Positions 1 to 14,010 of a stretch of DNA of 64,000 nucleotides are shown here, one piece after another (position 1 is the first letter of the stretch; each line of letters starts with the position of its first letter). The DNA lies in contig CM119263.1 in assembly GCA_051294375.1 (NCBI GenBank), positions 19,470,304-19,534,303 of the forward strand, read 5' to 3'. The position numbers and the translations under genes were made by a program. The notes below the pieces were generated by a model that was not told where the DNA came from, made no database searches, and worked only from the letters and a program-made list of their open reading frames with translations. The DNA is from Paraspadella gotoi. Its lineage: Eukaryota > Animalia > Chaetognatha.

Positions 1-2
1 AA

Positions 3-209
3 ACAGCATCGGATGAGCTGAAGAATCTCGAGCCGGAAGACCTGACCTCGACATCAGCATCAGCATCAGCATCTGAAGCAACTGCTGCACCCTCTAAAGA
101 AACAACTTTTGATAAGCAACCAAACGTTGAATTAAAAAATGGGGAATATAGAAGTGGCGAGGATATTGTCATCCGCGACAGCATCAAGTTGGAGAGCATA
201 TCTCCGTAA
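3..209 (+). CDS. 3' end of a coding exon entering from the left edge (Ser/Ala/Glu-rich C-terminus, ...DIVIRDSIKLESISP*)
   Basis: Open frame from base 3 to TAA at 207-209, GC-richer than the AT-rich 3'UTR-like DNA that follows; no recognisable domain. Confidence 0.55.
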   Translation, partial: TASDELKNLEPEDLTSTSASASASEATAAPSKETTFDKQPNVELKNGEYRSGEDIVIRDSIKLESISP

Positions 210-1234
210 TTAAGGATTATTGTTGTCTCATCTCAGTAGTCAACGTCTCGATTTTCGTAAACTTTAAAAAAACCTTTTCCTCTTGACTTTATTAGGTAAT
301 GCTTTCCCTCATTCTAAGTACTAATGGATATCGTTTCATTTTTTTTCCCTTCAACTCAAATTGTCCCTTGCTTTGTTGAAAACTAATATTCTTTTATTTT
401 TTTTCGCTTTTTTTTTTTAAATATTAATTAACTTTTGAACGCCTTCTATCTTTTTTCTATTCATTTATTGTTTTAACCTTGGCACAAAAATTCGTGGTTT
501 TGGAATTGCATTCAATTGAACCTAAATTGTATTCATTTCTACCGAAAGATAAGATAGTTCAGAAGTTTTCATTCTCAATTGTAATTCTATACTAAGTCTA
601 AGGAATTGTTTTAAGATAAAATAAAAATAGCTCAAAAAATGCAATTCTTTATAATTATTAGATAGACATCAACGTTATTACATTTTTCTGTTAGACAGTA
701 TCTCAGTATATTTAAATTTTATTTCAGAAAAAAAATTTCAATCATAATAGATTTACAGTGGGAATACAAATTTTAAACCGAGATATTAAAATACTTAACA
801 ATAATAAATAAAAAAATACTAAATATAATAACAAATAAAAAATAGTTAAGGATAATAAATAACTGGTATTTAAGATGAGGTCAGATATTTAGTGCGGTAT
901 ATAAATTTACGGGATAATGGATATGAAATTGTTGATTTAAATATAAATTTAACAGTTTAAGAAAATATTTTGCGCCAAGGTTGTGCCTGTTTTTTAAACA
1001 AAAGTTGTGTGAACTTTTAATCGTCAAATATTTGAAAAAATGTTCATTAAGCATTATTTTTATTCTGATAGATCATGGAGATGAAAAAATGATATAATAT
1101 TTAATAAAACCAATTTTAATTTTTATTTTTCAAGTACTGGATTAAATGTTAGCGTAGTTTACTAATACAGAACTGGAAACGGTCATGATAACGAAAAACT
1201 ACTGATGTGAAAGCAATGAACAAAAAGATGATAA

Positions 1235-2004
1235 ATGAATTTATACAAACGAAATACGATGGGTTATGGATTTATCATCCTGGGAGTGTTCGTCGGCGTC
1301 TTGGTCTGCCTCGCCGCAATTATATTAATTTACAAAATCTGCCAGATAAACGAAATCAAGCGGAAAATTCCAGATGAAGTCAACGCGTCTGATATAATAA
1401 GGTACTTATTGTTATTTGTTATTCTATATAAATTTGAATGTTTAGATAGGAAATAAAGAGAAACAGAAACAATTGACCAATTCCTCGCTGCATTCACGAC
1501 TTCACTTATAATTCTTAGTACTAAGTACTATTCAGAAAAATTAATATATTTTAGTTTATATACAATATATATATTTTAATTTACGTTTAAAGATTTTAGG
1601 AATATCCACAATCCACGTGTAACAGGAACGAGGCACTTTTTCCATTTCTTATTTTGGTTTTTTTTCTGTTTCTTCTTATCCACAAGTGCCCCACTTATAG
1701 TCGCACCCTGAATCAGCTATTTACTTTCTTTTGATTCCCTTTTACAATTCTTTTTACAGATAAACTAACCCCCTTGCCCTTTAGTTACATGGAACAGCCA
1801 ACACCAACGGCTGTCCCGTCGCGCCTACTTGAAGAAATGGTAGGGTCAACTACCTCCTTGGACGGACTTGACTTCAGTACAGCGGGCCGCCCTCCCAGAG
1901 GCTCTCTTCACTCGCTCCAAATGCCCGTCAATTGGAGCCGAAGGGGTTCCGTCTACTCGGATCCGTTAAGTGGAGTCGGGTACATAACCTTAGCATGTAG
2001 ATAA
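1235..2004 (+). CDS. Possible small single-pass membrane protein (multi-exon, structure uncertain)
   Basis: ORF 1235 has a hydrophobic stretch GYGFIILGVFVGVLVCLAAIILIY followed by AG|GTACTT near 1401. A Pro/Ser-rich ORF at 1774-2004 follows a TTTTACAG acceptor. Exon phases could not be fully reconciled. Confidence 0.35.
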
Positions 2005-2026
2005 GATTGTTTCTGCAATCATTGAG

Positions 2027-2580
2027 AGTAGGGGTAGTGGGGTGAGTCAAAAATTTACAGCGAGTACATTTTTAAGTAAACAAAATTTTTTTTATATGGC
2101 TCTATACCCTAGTAATTAATTTTTTAATATTTATTTATAGATAGGAAGGGCCAAAATTTTTTTACAAAATTTAAAATTTTAAGACCAGATTCAGAGAGCT
2201 CATAAAAAGTCTATACAAATTCTTTTTTAAATATCATCATCATCATCATAAGTAGGTTAAAAATAAGAAAAACCATAAAAATAGTCATCATCATCATCAT
2301 CAAGAAGTTTTTTTAGATTTTTACTGAGAAAAAAAAGAATTTTTAAAAGCTGTAATTATATTTCTTGATTAACTTTTTATGCTCTATCAGAATACATAAA
2401 AAAATTTTAAGATTTCCCCAAAAAATTTTTCTCTATACAGTAATATAAGAACTTTAATTAGGCTAGTACCCTCAGAAAAAAACATTATTGACAAAAGATA
2501 TTTTAATACTATAATCTATGCTCATAATAGATTATTTTAATGCTGTATACATTAGCATTTAAATTTCATCGGCTATGGCT
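2027..2580 (+). mobile_element. ~550 bp AT-rich DNA-transposon-like repeat, left copy of an inverted pair
   Basis: AGTAGGGG..TGGGGTGAGTCAAAAATTT...AAATTTCATCGGCTATG is the reverse complement of 6517-7095. Confidence 0.7.
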
Positions 2581-4283
2581 ATTGAGAGCTCATCTTTCAT
2601 TGTTTTTTTAATTTGCTATAGATACGAGATTTGAGGAACGAGTATGTGGAAGCGAAAGCAGAAGCCAGTCTTCATTCCAAGGGACGGGATTTCGCTTCGC
2701 AATTACGAACATGAATTGAGTAGCTGATAGTTAAGTTTTGTCCTATGTAATTCAAAAAATTATTCAATAATACTAAAAAATATAATATTTAGTATAGAGG
2801 TTGTTTATAATTGTGTTTCTACTAAAAAGTTTGAAACTTTTGTTACGTATCTATTCGGGAGAATGTTTGAAACTTCTTTTACAACGAAATCCTTCCAACA
2901 AACTTTGGAAACATTTTATTAATTAATTTGCACGTGCCTGTAACCCAATCATTCGTTTGGGAGAATACTTATTTGATTTTTACTTGTAATTGTTAGATAA
3001 ATGTATTTTTTAAACATTTACCTAAAGAAATAATGAAGATTTGCCTGAGCCAAAAAAAATACTAGTTTCTTGTAGTGATATATTCATTTAGTTTTATCAA
3101 GTTATTAAAATTATACATTCAATAATAGAATCTATATATTCAAACGTTTATCGCCATTTGAAGTTTTATAATTACTAATATACTCATTATTTTAACTAAA
3201 TAGCCTTCATATTTCGATGTTTTAAAAGGCTTTTTTTTTTCGCTCAATCGCCGATGTGATATTTTAAATGTTTATAATTATGTTTTTATCGTTTGCATCA
3301 ATTAGACATATATACCCAAATACACGTTTTAAAACCATAAATTTACTCATTATAAGAATCTATGCGGAAAAAAGAGCTAAAGATCAAACTATAAAGAAAA
3401 GACAGTTTGGGGGGCAATATGTGTCGTGCAATTAATTTGTTTTATAATATTATATTTATTATATTTTTTTAGTAAATGGGGGCCATTTGTTTTTTCCCAG
3501 CTCGATGATCAATGATTCGATTTAATCGATTATTTGTTTGTTTACGCTAGCAGCCGTTGATACCACGCTCGAGGAAATAAATATAAGCAATAGTTATAAA
3601 CTTATAATAATACTGAGTTATACGATCGGATAACAAATCCAGAAAAAGAAAGAAGCAGAAAAAAAGGTTCAGCACTTTAACTTAGTAATCTTGTTCAGTA
3701 ATTTTGTATTTTAGTAAGTTTAGTTTCTACTAATAAAGATTATTTTATTTTTAGGCAGATTGAGATTGAGAGTCGTCACATATACGTACATACGTAGATA
3801 AAATTGAGAAACTTTGAATCATGAATGACTGTTGTTTATGCAGTTTTCTTTTTAGTTTTTAGGTTAGTACATTCTTCGTTTAAAATTTTGTAGTTGCAAA
3901 AGATTACATCAACATTGTATTAGAAGTAATTTAATACTAAATCACGAAATGAGAAAAATTTCCGCGAGTAGTAGCCGTATAACGAATCAATATATTTAGA
4001 AATCATAATGTCTCGCGCGTGTCTTATCAAAATAAAAAAAGGTTTTTTTTGTTGTAAGTTATTCCGCGGTTCCGAATCACTGCAGACCTGATCCGTTGAT
4101 ACTCGACTTGAATATTCAAATGAGCTTAGTATTTAGGAAGTCGATGAAAAGGGGCAATAAAAATCAGTGAAAGGCTGCATGCATATCAAAAACCAAACTT
4201 AGAAAACATTAGTAGTTATTAAAGCCTCAAATTCAAACAATTTCCTGGTGACAATAAAAATAAGAAAAGCGAGGATTTTGGAA

Positions 4284-5934
4284 ATGCTACGCTCAAGAAG
4301 CGCGATGATTAAAAAAGAAAACGGAAATGATTCGCCATGCAGGTATTGCAGGTTACTTACAGAACGAATTCCCAATCAAGTTTAATCTTTATTGCCATCT
4401 AATTTTTGTTTAGTAAGCACCCGGGTAAAATCGTTTGGAAAAACGTGGTGGTTATGCTTGGGCTTCATTTGGCAGCTATCTACGCCGTTTTTTTCCGAGT
4501 CACGTCTTCCAAATGGCCAACACTTCTGTGGGGTTCGTTTTTTGTTGTCAAAAATCCGTCAATGTCAGCTGGCGAGAAGCTTTATTTATTGAGACCTTTA
4601 AATTTCTATTTTCAGCGTATTTTTTGATGATTTTCTCCGGCACCGGAGTCACCTGTGGTGCCCATCGTCTCTGGACTCATCGCTCCTATAAAGCCACCTT
4701 TCCGCTACGACTTTTGCTTGTCATCGCTCAGACCATTGCCATTCAAAACCACGTAATAGAGTGGGCCAGAGACCACCGGTAACTGCATTAGATTTAATTT
4801 GTGGGTCTTAAGTGTGTGTACGGCACTTGGCGGAATTCAGAACGATGACCAAATTTACCCCAGAGTACATCACAAGTTTTCGGAAACGGACGCCGATCCA
4901 CACAACGCCAAGAGAGGTTTTTTCTTCTCTCATGTCGGATGGTTGATGGTCACTAAACATCCGGAGGTTAACACTTTTTAAATCAAGTTTTTATCAAGTG
5001 GTATTCACCGACCTTTTTCCTCGCGGATACAGGTCAAAACTAAAGGAAAGACGGTGGACATGAGTGACCTTTACGCGGATCCTCTGCTTCGGATTCAAAA
5101 GAAGTTCTACGTTCCTCTCGTCATCGTCTCCTTCCTCGTCGTTCCCTCCCTGATCCCATGGATCTGCTGGAACGAAAATTGGTTGAACGCATTCTTCGTC
5201 GCTGGAATAATGAGGTTATCGTTAATATAATTACTCTCTTTTTATTATTACTTAAAATTCGTGTCACTATTTCTATTTCTCCTTAAATCGGTCAATATGA
5301 ATAATATGATGTAATCGTGATAATTAGCTAAAATTGTTTTTGTTAACGATATAATTTTGTTACTCTTGATTGATGTAGATTAGTGGTTTGCTGGAACTTC
5401 ACGTGGTGCGTAAACAGTGTAGCACATTTGTGGGGGACGCGCCCTTATGAGAAAAACTCAAACCCCGCAGAAAACGTCTTCGTTGTTTTCGCATCCGCTG
5501 GTGAAGGCTTTCACAATTACCACCACTGGTTCGTTTTAATTTATTTTACTTACTATTTTTTTTTCTTCTGTAACCCTTGACTTGTATGTGTAAAATAAAA
5601 ATTTTTATTGACTACAGCTTTCCCCACGACTACTCGATATCCGAGACGAATATCAAAGGCTTTTCTCTGTTTTTTAATTATGGAACAGGTATTATATTTT
5701 ATAAAATAATGATTAACACTTTGAATCAATTCAAGGTAATAGTTTCTAAACTGACTGTTTAAATTATGTTTTTATAATACTCAAGTATTTATCGACCTGA
5801 TGGCTTGGCTTGGTTTGGCCTACAACCTGAGAAAAATGGATGCCGCGCTCGTGCAACGGAAACAGCGACTTCATGGGGATGGAAATGACAATCTTCAACT
5901 CTTTAACCCCTTGAGATGGACTTCGAGAACATAA
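4284..5934 (+). CDS. SCD: Delta-9 fatty acyl-CoA (stearoyl-CoA) desaturase, 8 exons
   Basis: Spliced translation has all three His boxes (HRLWTH, HRVHH, HNYHH) plus DPHNAKRGFFFSHVGWL, NSVAHLWG and GEGFHNYHH-FPHDY. Introns are GT-AG. ATG 4284, TAA 5932-5934. Confidence 0.95.
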
Positions 5935-6516
5935 TAGATAATAATCAGCAGTGTACTTGGAATATAGCCTTTAGATGTGTCTTCTTCCTCTCGCACACAT
6001 TTTTGACATCATGTAAATGAAAAAATTGATATTTTAAGGAATCATGTTTTTTCCAGTTGGGCCGTTGTCTCAGGAAATGATAAAATTGTACACTAAATAT
6101 TGAATAATTTGAATTAACTTTGTCGAGTTATTTAAAAATATTTTTCTTTGAAGATAAGTATTTTGAAATGATGATTACGTTTTCTATCAATTATTACCAA
6201 TTGTGATCGATGTTTTATGAATAAGATCAACAAGTGGCAAACGTTATCGATTATAATTTAACGTGCTAAAGTTTATTCAAACCAAAAGTATCGTGCTGAT
6301 TATCAATTTCCCTCATATTTAAAAACATCGGTTACTTTTTAATGTTGTACTCCCAACTTTTATATTTTTATTTAATTTTGTACTTAATTATATAATTATA
6401 AGTAATATTTTTAATTTTAGTTGTTTTTTTAAATACATGAATTAAACAGTTGAGATGAGCCAATTAAGCTTATTAATGAATAACTCAATAGGAAATCAAT
6501 ATCAGGACAATTTTTA

Positions 6517-7095
6517 GTAGTCATAGCCGATGAAATTTAAATGCTAATATAATGTATATAACGATAAAATAATCGATTATGAGCATAGATTATAGTATTA
6601 AAAATTTTTTTGTCAAAAATGCTTTTTTCTGAGGGTACTAGCCTAATTAAAATTATTATTTTACTATATAAAGAAGAAAAAAATTTTTACGTTTTCTCAG
6701 TAAAAATCTTAAAAAACCGATAAAATCATCGAAAGATGATGATTAATTTTTATATTTTTTTTTAATTTTTGNNNNNNNNNNAAAACCGATAAAATCAGAT
6801 GATGATTTTTTATGTTTTTTTTAATTTTTGACCTATTTATCATAAAAATATTTAAAAAAGAATTATACCTTGTGAAGACTACTTTTTATGAGCTATCTGA
6901 ATCTGGTCTTAAAATTTGAAATTTCTCAAAAAAATTTTTTGCCTTTTCTATCTATAAATAAATATTTAAAAAATTAATTACTAGGGTATAGAGCTATATA
7001 AGAAATTTTGTGTTCATTGAAAGTATACTTAAAAATTTTCGCATGTACTCACTCTAAATTTTTGACTCACCCCATTGAGTGCGGCTTCCCCTACT
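6517..7095 (-). mobile_element. Right (inverted) copy of the 2027-2580 repeat; contains an assembly gap at 6772-6781
   Basis: Reverse-complement similarity to 2027-2580 along its length, ending CCCCTACT. Confidence 0.7.
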
Positions 7096-7825
7096 TTTAG
7101 ACTACCTCTCGAATAAAAAAAAAATTAACGAGAGAAATATTTATTATTTAATTATATTGCAAAAAATTATTATTTTCTAAACTATTACCCGTGTATTGTC
7201 AGCCACCTACGATGATCATACGTAGTTGGTTCTCTTTAACTTAATTAAGCTAGTGTGATGCCTGGGGTGTGAGGCATCTCCCGACAGCTGGCGCTCAGGG
7301 GTTTGGACCTGCACTGCAGTGACCACCCCATGTCACTGACGTGTTTATGCCGACACCATCACACTTTCATCAGCGTGACCGTGAGGGGATTGGGGACGAG
7401 CAGAGTTTCACCAAGCTATACGGGAAGAGAATTTAGGATTCGCCACACTAGTTATGATGTTAATCAGGCCAGTTTAATTCCCTTAACTTTGGTAAGCACG
7501 GTTGCAGATTTCTCAGCCCCCCCTAATACTAGGATCACTTTCAGTTTCTACAATTTTAGGACGAGAAGCTGCCTATCTACTCTACCGCTTTGATGACTCA
7601 AGAAAGAGAGTTCGAAGGAGGAAAATCTCAAAGTATCAAACGAACGGTTCGGCGATTTTTAATTTCATTAAAAACTAAAATTACGTTTCAAAAAACCGTG
7701 AAAAATTTATTACACACTGAACAAATATTACATTCTCGCTGTCACATACACAAAAACATTTTTGAAATTGTTGAATGTTTTTTGCCTCAACTTGGCAAAT
7801 ACCTAAACTCAGAGGTGCTGAAGTC

Positions 7826-9649
7826 CTAGTTATTATCTGATTCCGGCAGAGGGCGAAGCCCGGAATCGGGATCCAAGAGCAAGGCCCAACCTTGGAAAGG
7901 TTGCACGAATGGTATTCCGTTAGGCGAGTCGTTACCAACAGTGAAACCCAGCATCCCTGCCACAAGAGTTGAGTTCTCTGATCCACCATTGTGAGTGATC
8001 TTCAAGGGAACCGTGACCAAACCCCCGGAGACCTTGGATTGCTTAGTTGTCCGAGCACCTTAACAATTGACGAGGAAAAAGGAATTTTATCCAATAGAAA
8101 TTAAAAGAGATGAGGCAATTTCTTAATTTGCTACAAATTCGGTATAATTTTTATTATCAAAATAGAAACTAATCCTGACGTGAAACGAACTTGCTTTCTC
8201 CGTCACAACTACCTTCAACAAGTCGAATGATCCATCCGTCAAAGAAACTTCCGCCTCCGGACCCATATTCCTCTCGATCGGTCACGATTTTTCTCCACCA
8301 AGTGACGTCGGGATTTTCTTTGTAGGTTTCCACCAACTTTCCAAAGATCTCCTCCACATCGGCGAACCACGGCTGAAGATTCCCCAGTGATTCGTCCAAA
8401 GGCGCCAAGATCTCTTTCAGTCGCTGAAGCTTATTGACCAGTAGATTCCAGTCATCGACAGTTCCCATCATTTCTACAGCTTTAATTCCGCAAATCAGGG
8501 TCGCTTCAAACGTAAAATATCTGGAACAGAAATGTGTTTCTCATTTCTTTTTTTTTTTTTTTGCACTTAAAGCCACTTTGTATTTTTTTTTTTAATTTTT
8601 CTTTTTTTTTTGCCATGATGTAGCAAAAGTGGGTATGAGTAAATATTGTCCGCCTTCTGTAATTGATGACCGAGATTGTCACTTACTCCTGCAGCGATGC
8701 CATCAGCGTTATGTCCGACACTATTCCAAATACGTCGGTGCTTGTTGAAAAATTAGCGTGTATGATGTCAACATAAGAAGGAACCAGTACATTATCACGT
8801 ACGCCTAATCACAGAGGATTTTAATTTCATTTGGAAATTTTTAATAAGTCTTTTCAAATTACCTTGGCTGAAAGCTTGGAACAACCACGAGAAATCGACC
8901 CCATTGAGAGTCGGAGAATTGACGAGGATATTAATGTTCTTTTTCCCCTCAAAAGTCACGAAGAATTCCCTGACTTTTGGGTCTCGAGAGTTTTCATCAA
9001 TGGCTTTTGCAACTCGACGAATGACGGGAAACCAAAAATCTTCGGGCGAAACTCGGAGGTTCCAGTGATGGTTGTAGGCTTCGAGGACGGCGCCAAGGAG
9101 GCTTCTATCGCCGGTCGAAAGGATCTGATCGTTTGAACCGAACGCCGCCGTCCGATCGCCGACATCAGTGCGGACCACCGGTTCCGGTCGACCAGGAGGG
9201 TGCCATCGACTCCCTTGCGACCGGCGCTTGTCATCTTCACGGGCAGCATCTTCGAGAAGATCCATCGCCTTTCCACGAGTAAGTTGGCGAGACGTCGTTC
9301 TCAATTGCGGCTTCGCATCCCAGTTTGAGACGAAGTAGCGCCATGTTTGACCTTTAAAAATGTTTCAAATGGGTCGTTGGGCAATATTGTTTTTTACCGA
9401 ATATCACTAAGAGATGCTTCTACATTTACGCGTCTTCTTCATCCTTAACATCTACAATGCAGTAAAACGTAAAACAGTAAATGTAAATTGTCAGCATGGT
9501 TAAATCACAACAGACTCACCATTCAAATATTCTTCGTAGTCCATCGCGGTTTTGTTCGCCGGAAGTTCAAGGTCGACGAAGACGCTAGAGGCCGACGTCG
9601 ATACCGTGGCGCAGATCAGCGCCGAAACGGCGACGAAAAGCATCGACAT
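7826..9649 (-). CDS. Secreted DUF4419-like protein, about 6 exons
   Basis: Signal peptide MSMLFVAVSALICATVSTSA. Motifs AVLEAYNHHWNLRVSPEDFW, FVTFEGKKNI, ANFSTST..SDITLMASLQEYF, CGIKAVEMMGTVDDWNLL, WWRKIV..YGSGG..FDGWI, VTVPLKI and LVAGMLGF are typical of DUF4419 from memory. Confidence 0.8.
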
Positions 9650-10920
9650 TGCTAACAATGAAACAGGTTCTTGTCTAATGAGATTTGGCGAAAATTCGGA
9701 AAAGAATCTTGAGTTTCTCCAAAAAGGGGTTTTGATGTTAAGTAAAGGGAGAACCTTAACTTTGAATTGTGTTTCTATGTAAAATATCACCGGTGAGAGT
9801 TCATGGAGAAAAAACATTCAATACCCGTTTACTGTCATTGTCACTGTCATATTTGAATTATAACTAGTATTTAAAATTTAATTTAAACTGTCACTGTCAT
9901 ATTTGATTTATAACTAGTATTTAAAATTTAACTTAGTATAAAGAAGTTTAGCTGTATGGTGTAACATGTAATCAAGCAATTTTCATTGAGATAAATATTC
10001 GAAGTTTAAATTTTGTAAAATTACTTTAGAATTAAATAAAATTGTTCCGAAAATTCAAACACTGTGATGCGATCGTCATCAGTAATTGATTGATGAGGAG
10101 TACAAAACCAAATTAAGTGAAAATACGAGTAAATCAAATTTGGGCGACCGAGAAAGAGTGACCTCTCGTGTCTGTCGAGTCTAATAAAGGAAAGAGATAT
10201 TAAGAGGACGAGTTTAAGGTTGAGTTGTCGCACGGTACCATCACCCAACGTAAACTCCGAATTCGGTCCCGTCGTCGTCGAGGTCGAGTTAGATCCTTTG
10301 TAATTACTTTCGCTAAATTTCTTTTTAGAAACGAACATTTTTGACCACTCACTAGTTGACCAAATGACTATTATTCTTCTGATATCCCCACTATCTTATA
10401 AAAAGTTATAGAGCACTCCCGATTTTTGGACGCTCTCTTTCTCTGTCTCTCTCTCTTTTTTCTTTCTTTCTTTCTTTCTCACTCTCTCTCCCATTTCTTT
10501 CTTTCGAAAACTTTTCTCAATAAACTTTTCTCAACAAATAATGAATTCATAATTAAAGCGATGAATATTTAATATCATCTTAAAAGAAAAACTTTAATAC
10601 TAATTCAATTTATGAACAGTTACATCATATGCATGTCTGTGCAATTGCAAATTTATAAAGTTCATCCCATGAAGGTTCGAACTGTCTGGGATCTGGGGTC
10701 AAAAGTACAGTTTTTATTCTAAAATTCGCAGATGGACGCTTAGGCACAAAAAAAGCCGTTATTTTTAAAGCTAATTGTACACTAATTAACACAATCAAGA
10801 GAAAGATAAATTTTTTAGACTTTTGTCAATTTACACGCTTATTTTATTGAAAATAATTTTTAAATTATTGTTTTAAAAAACATTAACGATAGTAATCTAG
10901 TCGGAATGATACCTACTTTT

Positions 10921-12801
10921 TTATACGAAAAACCGATAAAAAACTATACAAATCCTAATTAATTCCCATTTAAAATTCCAAAATCTCTTTTCGCTTCGAC
11001 AACAAGCTGTTGCGCCACTGAAAGTTTGAACCAGGGGCGGAGTTGTTGTTGTTGTCTCTCGCCAGATGTTAAATTTTAAAAGGTCAGCGGAGTGGCTCAG
11101 CGAGGTGAGGTTAGCAGGGGTTATTCTCCGAGTCGTTGTCGTGGATGTCGCTTCAGACATCTCAGTCGCTCGCGTTGTGATGGATATCATCTTTCTGTCA
11201 ATGACTTTCGCTTCTTTGTTCGTGTACAAAGCTTTACTTAACACTGTTACTTCTTTAGCCCCCGAAGCCAACCCCGATGTCGACTCTTTCGTCGACCCTT
11301 CCAATAGTTCTTCAGTTGCTGCTTCGGTTGCCTTAATTAAATCTTCGGGTAAAGTCTTCGGATCAACGTTTGTCAGTGTAGTATGAGTAATCCGTTCGTC
11401 GTTTGGCGTCCTCAGGGTCGAAGAAGCAGTTTCCGCCTTCACCACCTCCTGAGCCTGCGTCACGTCGATCGCTTCGATCGTCGCCATTGTCGTCTCTCCT
11501 TTTGAAGATTGTCTGAACCTAACGAGGCTGTCGTCGTTCGTGGTCGAAACGTTAGCGACGGCGTCATTCGGAAATGAATTTGGCGATGGCATCGTAATTA
11601 TTTCCCGTCGGTTGGTGTCCCTGCGATTGACCGCTCGTTCGAAATTCGACGTCAAAAACGAAGTTCTCAAGATTTCCGCTTCTTCCTGGACGAGATTTCG
11701 TTTTTTCCAGCAAAGTCGCAGGACGCTGACTTGGACGTAGCCATTCCAACTCGATCGCTGCATCCACACTGTTAATTTTTTTCATAAATTTTTATTTTTT
11801 ATGAATAAATTATTTCTTTTTTTCGTTGTTTTTTATATATTTATATTTTTATTAATCTACATATTTTTTAATTTATTTGTCTCGCCTGTCTCGTTAACGA
11901 CGAGCCTGTACCGCCTGTAGTTCCCCCTCATTTGCTCATCCACGATGTGTCTTCGCCGGGCTGCCAAATTGTCTGCGGGGTGCTCCCCAATCAAGATAGT
12001 TGTCCAGGCAGACGAGTCTTCGTCGTAGGCGCGAAGTTCGTAACGCGTGGGGGTATTGGTGGGGTAGCGCTCGGATCCTTCGAAGTTGACACTCATCTTT
12101 AACGGACGAAGAAACGAGTTTCAAAATTAGGAGACGAAATATACGTACATGTTAATTACGTAACTGTCGCGCTTTTTGGGAGCATTACAGGAAGTAATTA
12201 ATTTTCTCTTACCTAACGAATCGGTGACAGTTTTTAAAAATGCTAATTTTAAAAGATTACTCAACTCACTCAACTGCCATAAGTCAGTTTAATCTATAAA
12301 TTTAACTATTTTCATTATTTTGAGAAGTACATAGTTCCCGGTCCATTGATACACCCGCTCGTTTCCTACCACTTTGGTGGGGCGATCGAAGACGATCTCA
12401 ATCCACTGGGCGGAATAGCTCTCGAGAGCTTGCTCGATGCTGCTCCAGGAGTGTCCCTTTCCGTTTACAGCCCGAGACGCGGAGTACATACGACTGTAAT
12501 TTGAGGAGGCGCTGTAGCGAGCGTTGGTGGCGTGGCTGCAGAGCGGATGTGATTCGTCTGGAAAGTAATTTTTAAAATAATATCTAAACATGATTTTAGC
12601 TATAAAAATTTTTGAAAATATTAAAGTTTATTAAATTGTCGTTTATCGTGTTATACCCATGTCGTCCGCTAGAATTCTTCTCATTGATTTTCTTCCATCT
12701 CCATCGTTCCAATTTGAAACCGTCAGATGTCGTGTCGAAGATTGAACAACTCCGGCGAAAAGAAACGAATTCAACGAAAATATAGCAGCGATCATTGACA
12801 T
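10921..12801 (-). CDS. Discoidin (F5/8 type C)-like domain protein with Thr-rich mucin-like stalk, signal peptide and hydrophobic C-terminus (possibly GPI-anchored); paralog 1
   Basis: MSMIAAIFSLNSFLFAGVVQS leader; YSASSNYS..YSASRAVNG..SWSS..QWIEIVFDRPTKV, PTRYEL, YRRYRLVVNET and VQVSVLRLC; then ~200 aa Thr/Ser/Glu-rich region. Confidence 0.7.
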
Positions 12802-13947
12802 ACGAATCAATTGTGCTCGTCGTTCATATTTTAATCGATGGTCAGAGTGAAAATTGACCAGTGACATGACATAGGACCTAAGTGATCATCAGCTGGATGC
12901 AATTGCTGAAAAAAATTGCGCCATCGAGATTGGAAAATCTTTACAAGGGCACTGCGCATAAATTTGTATATTTGACTTCAACCGATAATGACACGACGTA
13001 ATGACGAATGTTAAAGTTCGCTGATGCGCATGAGGTTCATTTTTATAAGTATTGGTCTTCCTAAACTAAAAATGCCGAATGAAGTAATGAGCGTACTTTC
13101 AACCGTGGGATTTTTAAAGAGCGAATAATTTGGATAACTTAATTCGTTTACACACCATTAAAAACGTTGTCTTTTTTAAAAGCTTGAAGAGCCCGGAAAA
13201 TGTAGAATCGTAAATCAACTTCGAAAAAACAAGAAAGGGATTTTCATTGCTTACAGCTTACATACTTTTTCTACTTTAATCCAATATTCGAAAGTGTAAT
13301 TTATGTGAATTATATGTAAAATAATTATTTATTTTAATTTAAATTTCATATTAAGTTTTTATTAACTACCATGTATCTTAATATAAATCTAAATTACAAC
13401 AATTTATGTTTCTCTACTAATAAAAAAGTATTAACTTCTAAATTGGTTAACATCGGTCTACTTTTTGAGCCTCATCAGTGGTTTAATTTTTAAAAATACG
13501 TACAACAGACGATATATTTTCTAAAATTAAGTAAGAACATTAATTCTTTTCTAAAAAAAATTATTTTTTTGAGAGTTTTTTGTTGCGATGTTCTTTTATG
13601 TAATAGTTATATTTAAAATGTTCTTAAGAAGAGTTTACATGCCAAGAGAAGTCAAAAATCGTTGAAATTTCGTGCAAGAGGCTAAAAAAGGCAGCTGGTC
13701 GAAAAAACAAATCAGGTTCCCATCACGAGAGGTAGAAATTTAAAAATTGCAACTTGGATTATTGGAAAAGGTTGCCTCAAGCGATCCTCAGACTTCGACA
13801 AAACGAAAGAGATTATGAGTATAAGGATTTTAGGAATCATTAAACCGCGACAAAAATTGGTTCTGATTTTATCAACAAATCGATGGGAGGGAAAGATAAA
13901 GATGATATGGAGAGAGTGTTGGGTATGAGAATGGGGGGATATACTGT

Positions 13948-13949
<2 letters not shown>

Positions 13950-14010
<61 letters not shown>
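13950..14010. repeat. (GA)n microsatellite
   Basis: Direct reading. Confidence 0.95.

Noticed and set aside
13448-13482. Minus-strand CTGATGAGGCTC as another hammerhead
   Set aside because: Stem II partner is imperfect and no GAAA core follows; at most a decayed relic.
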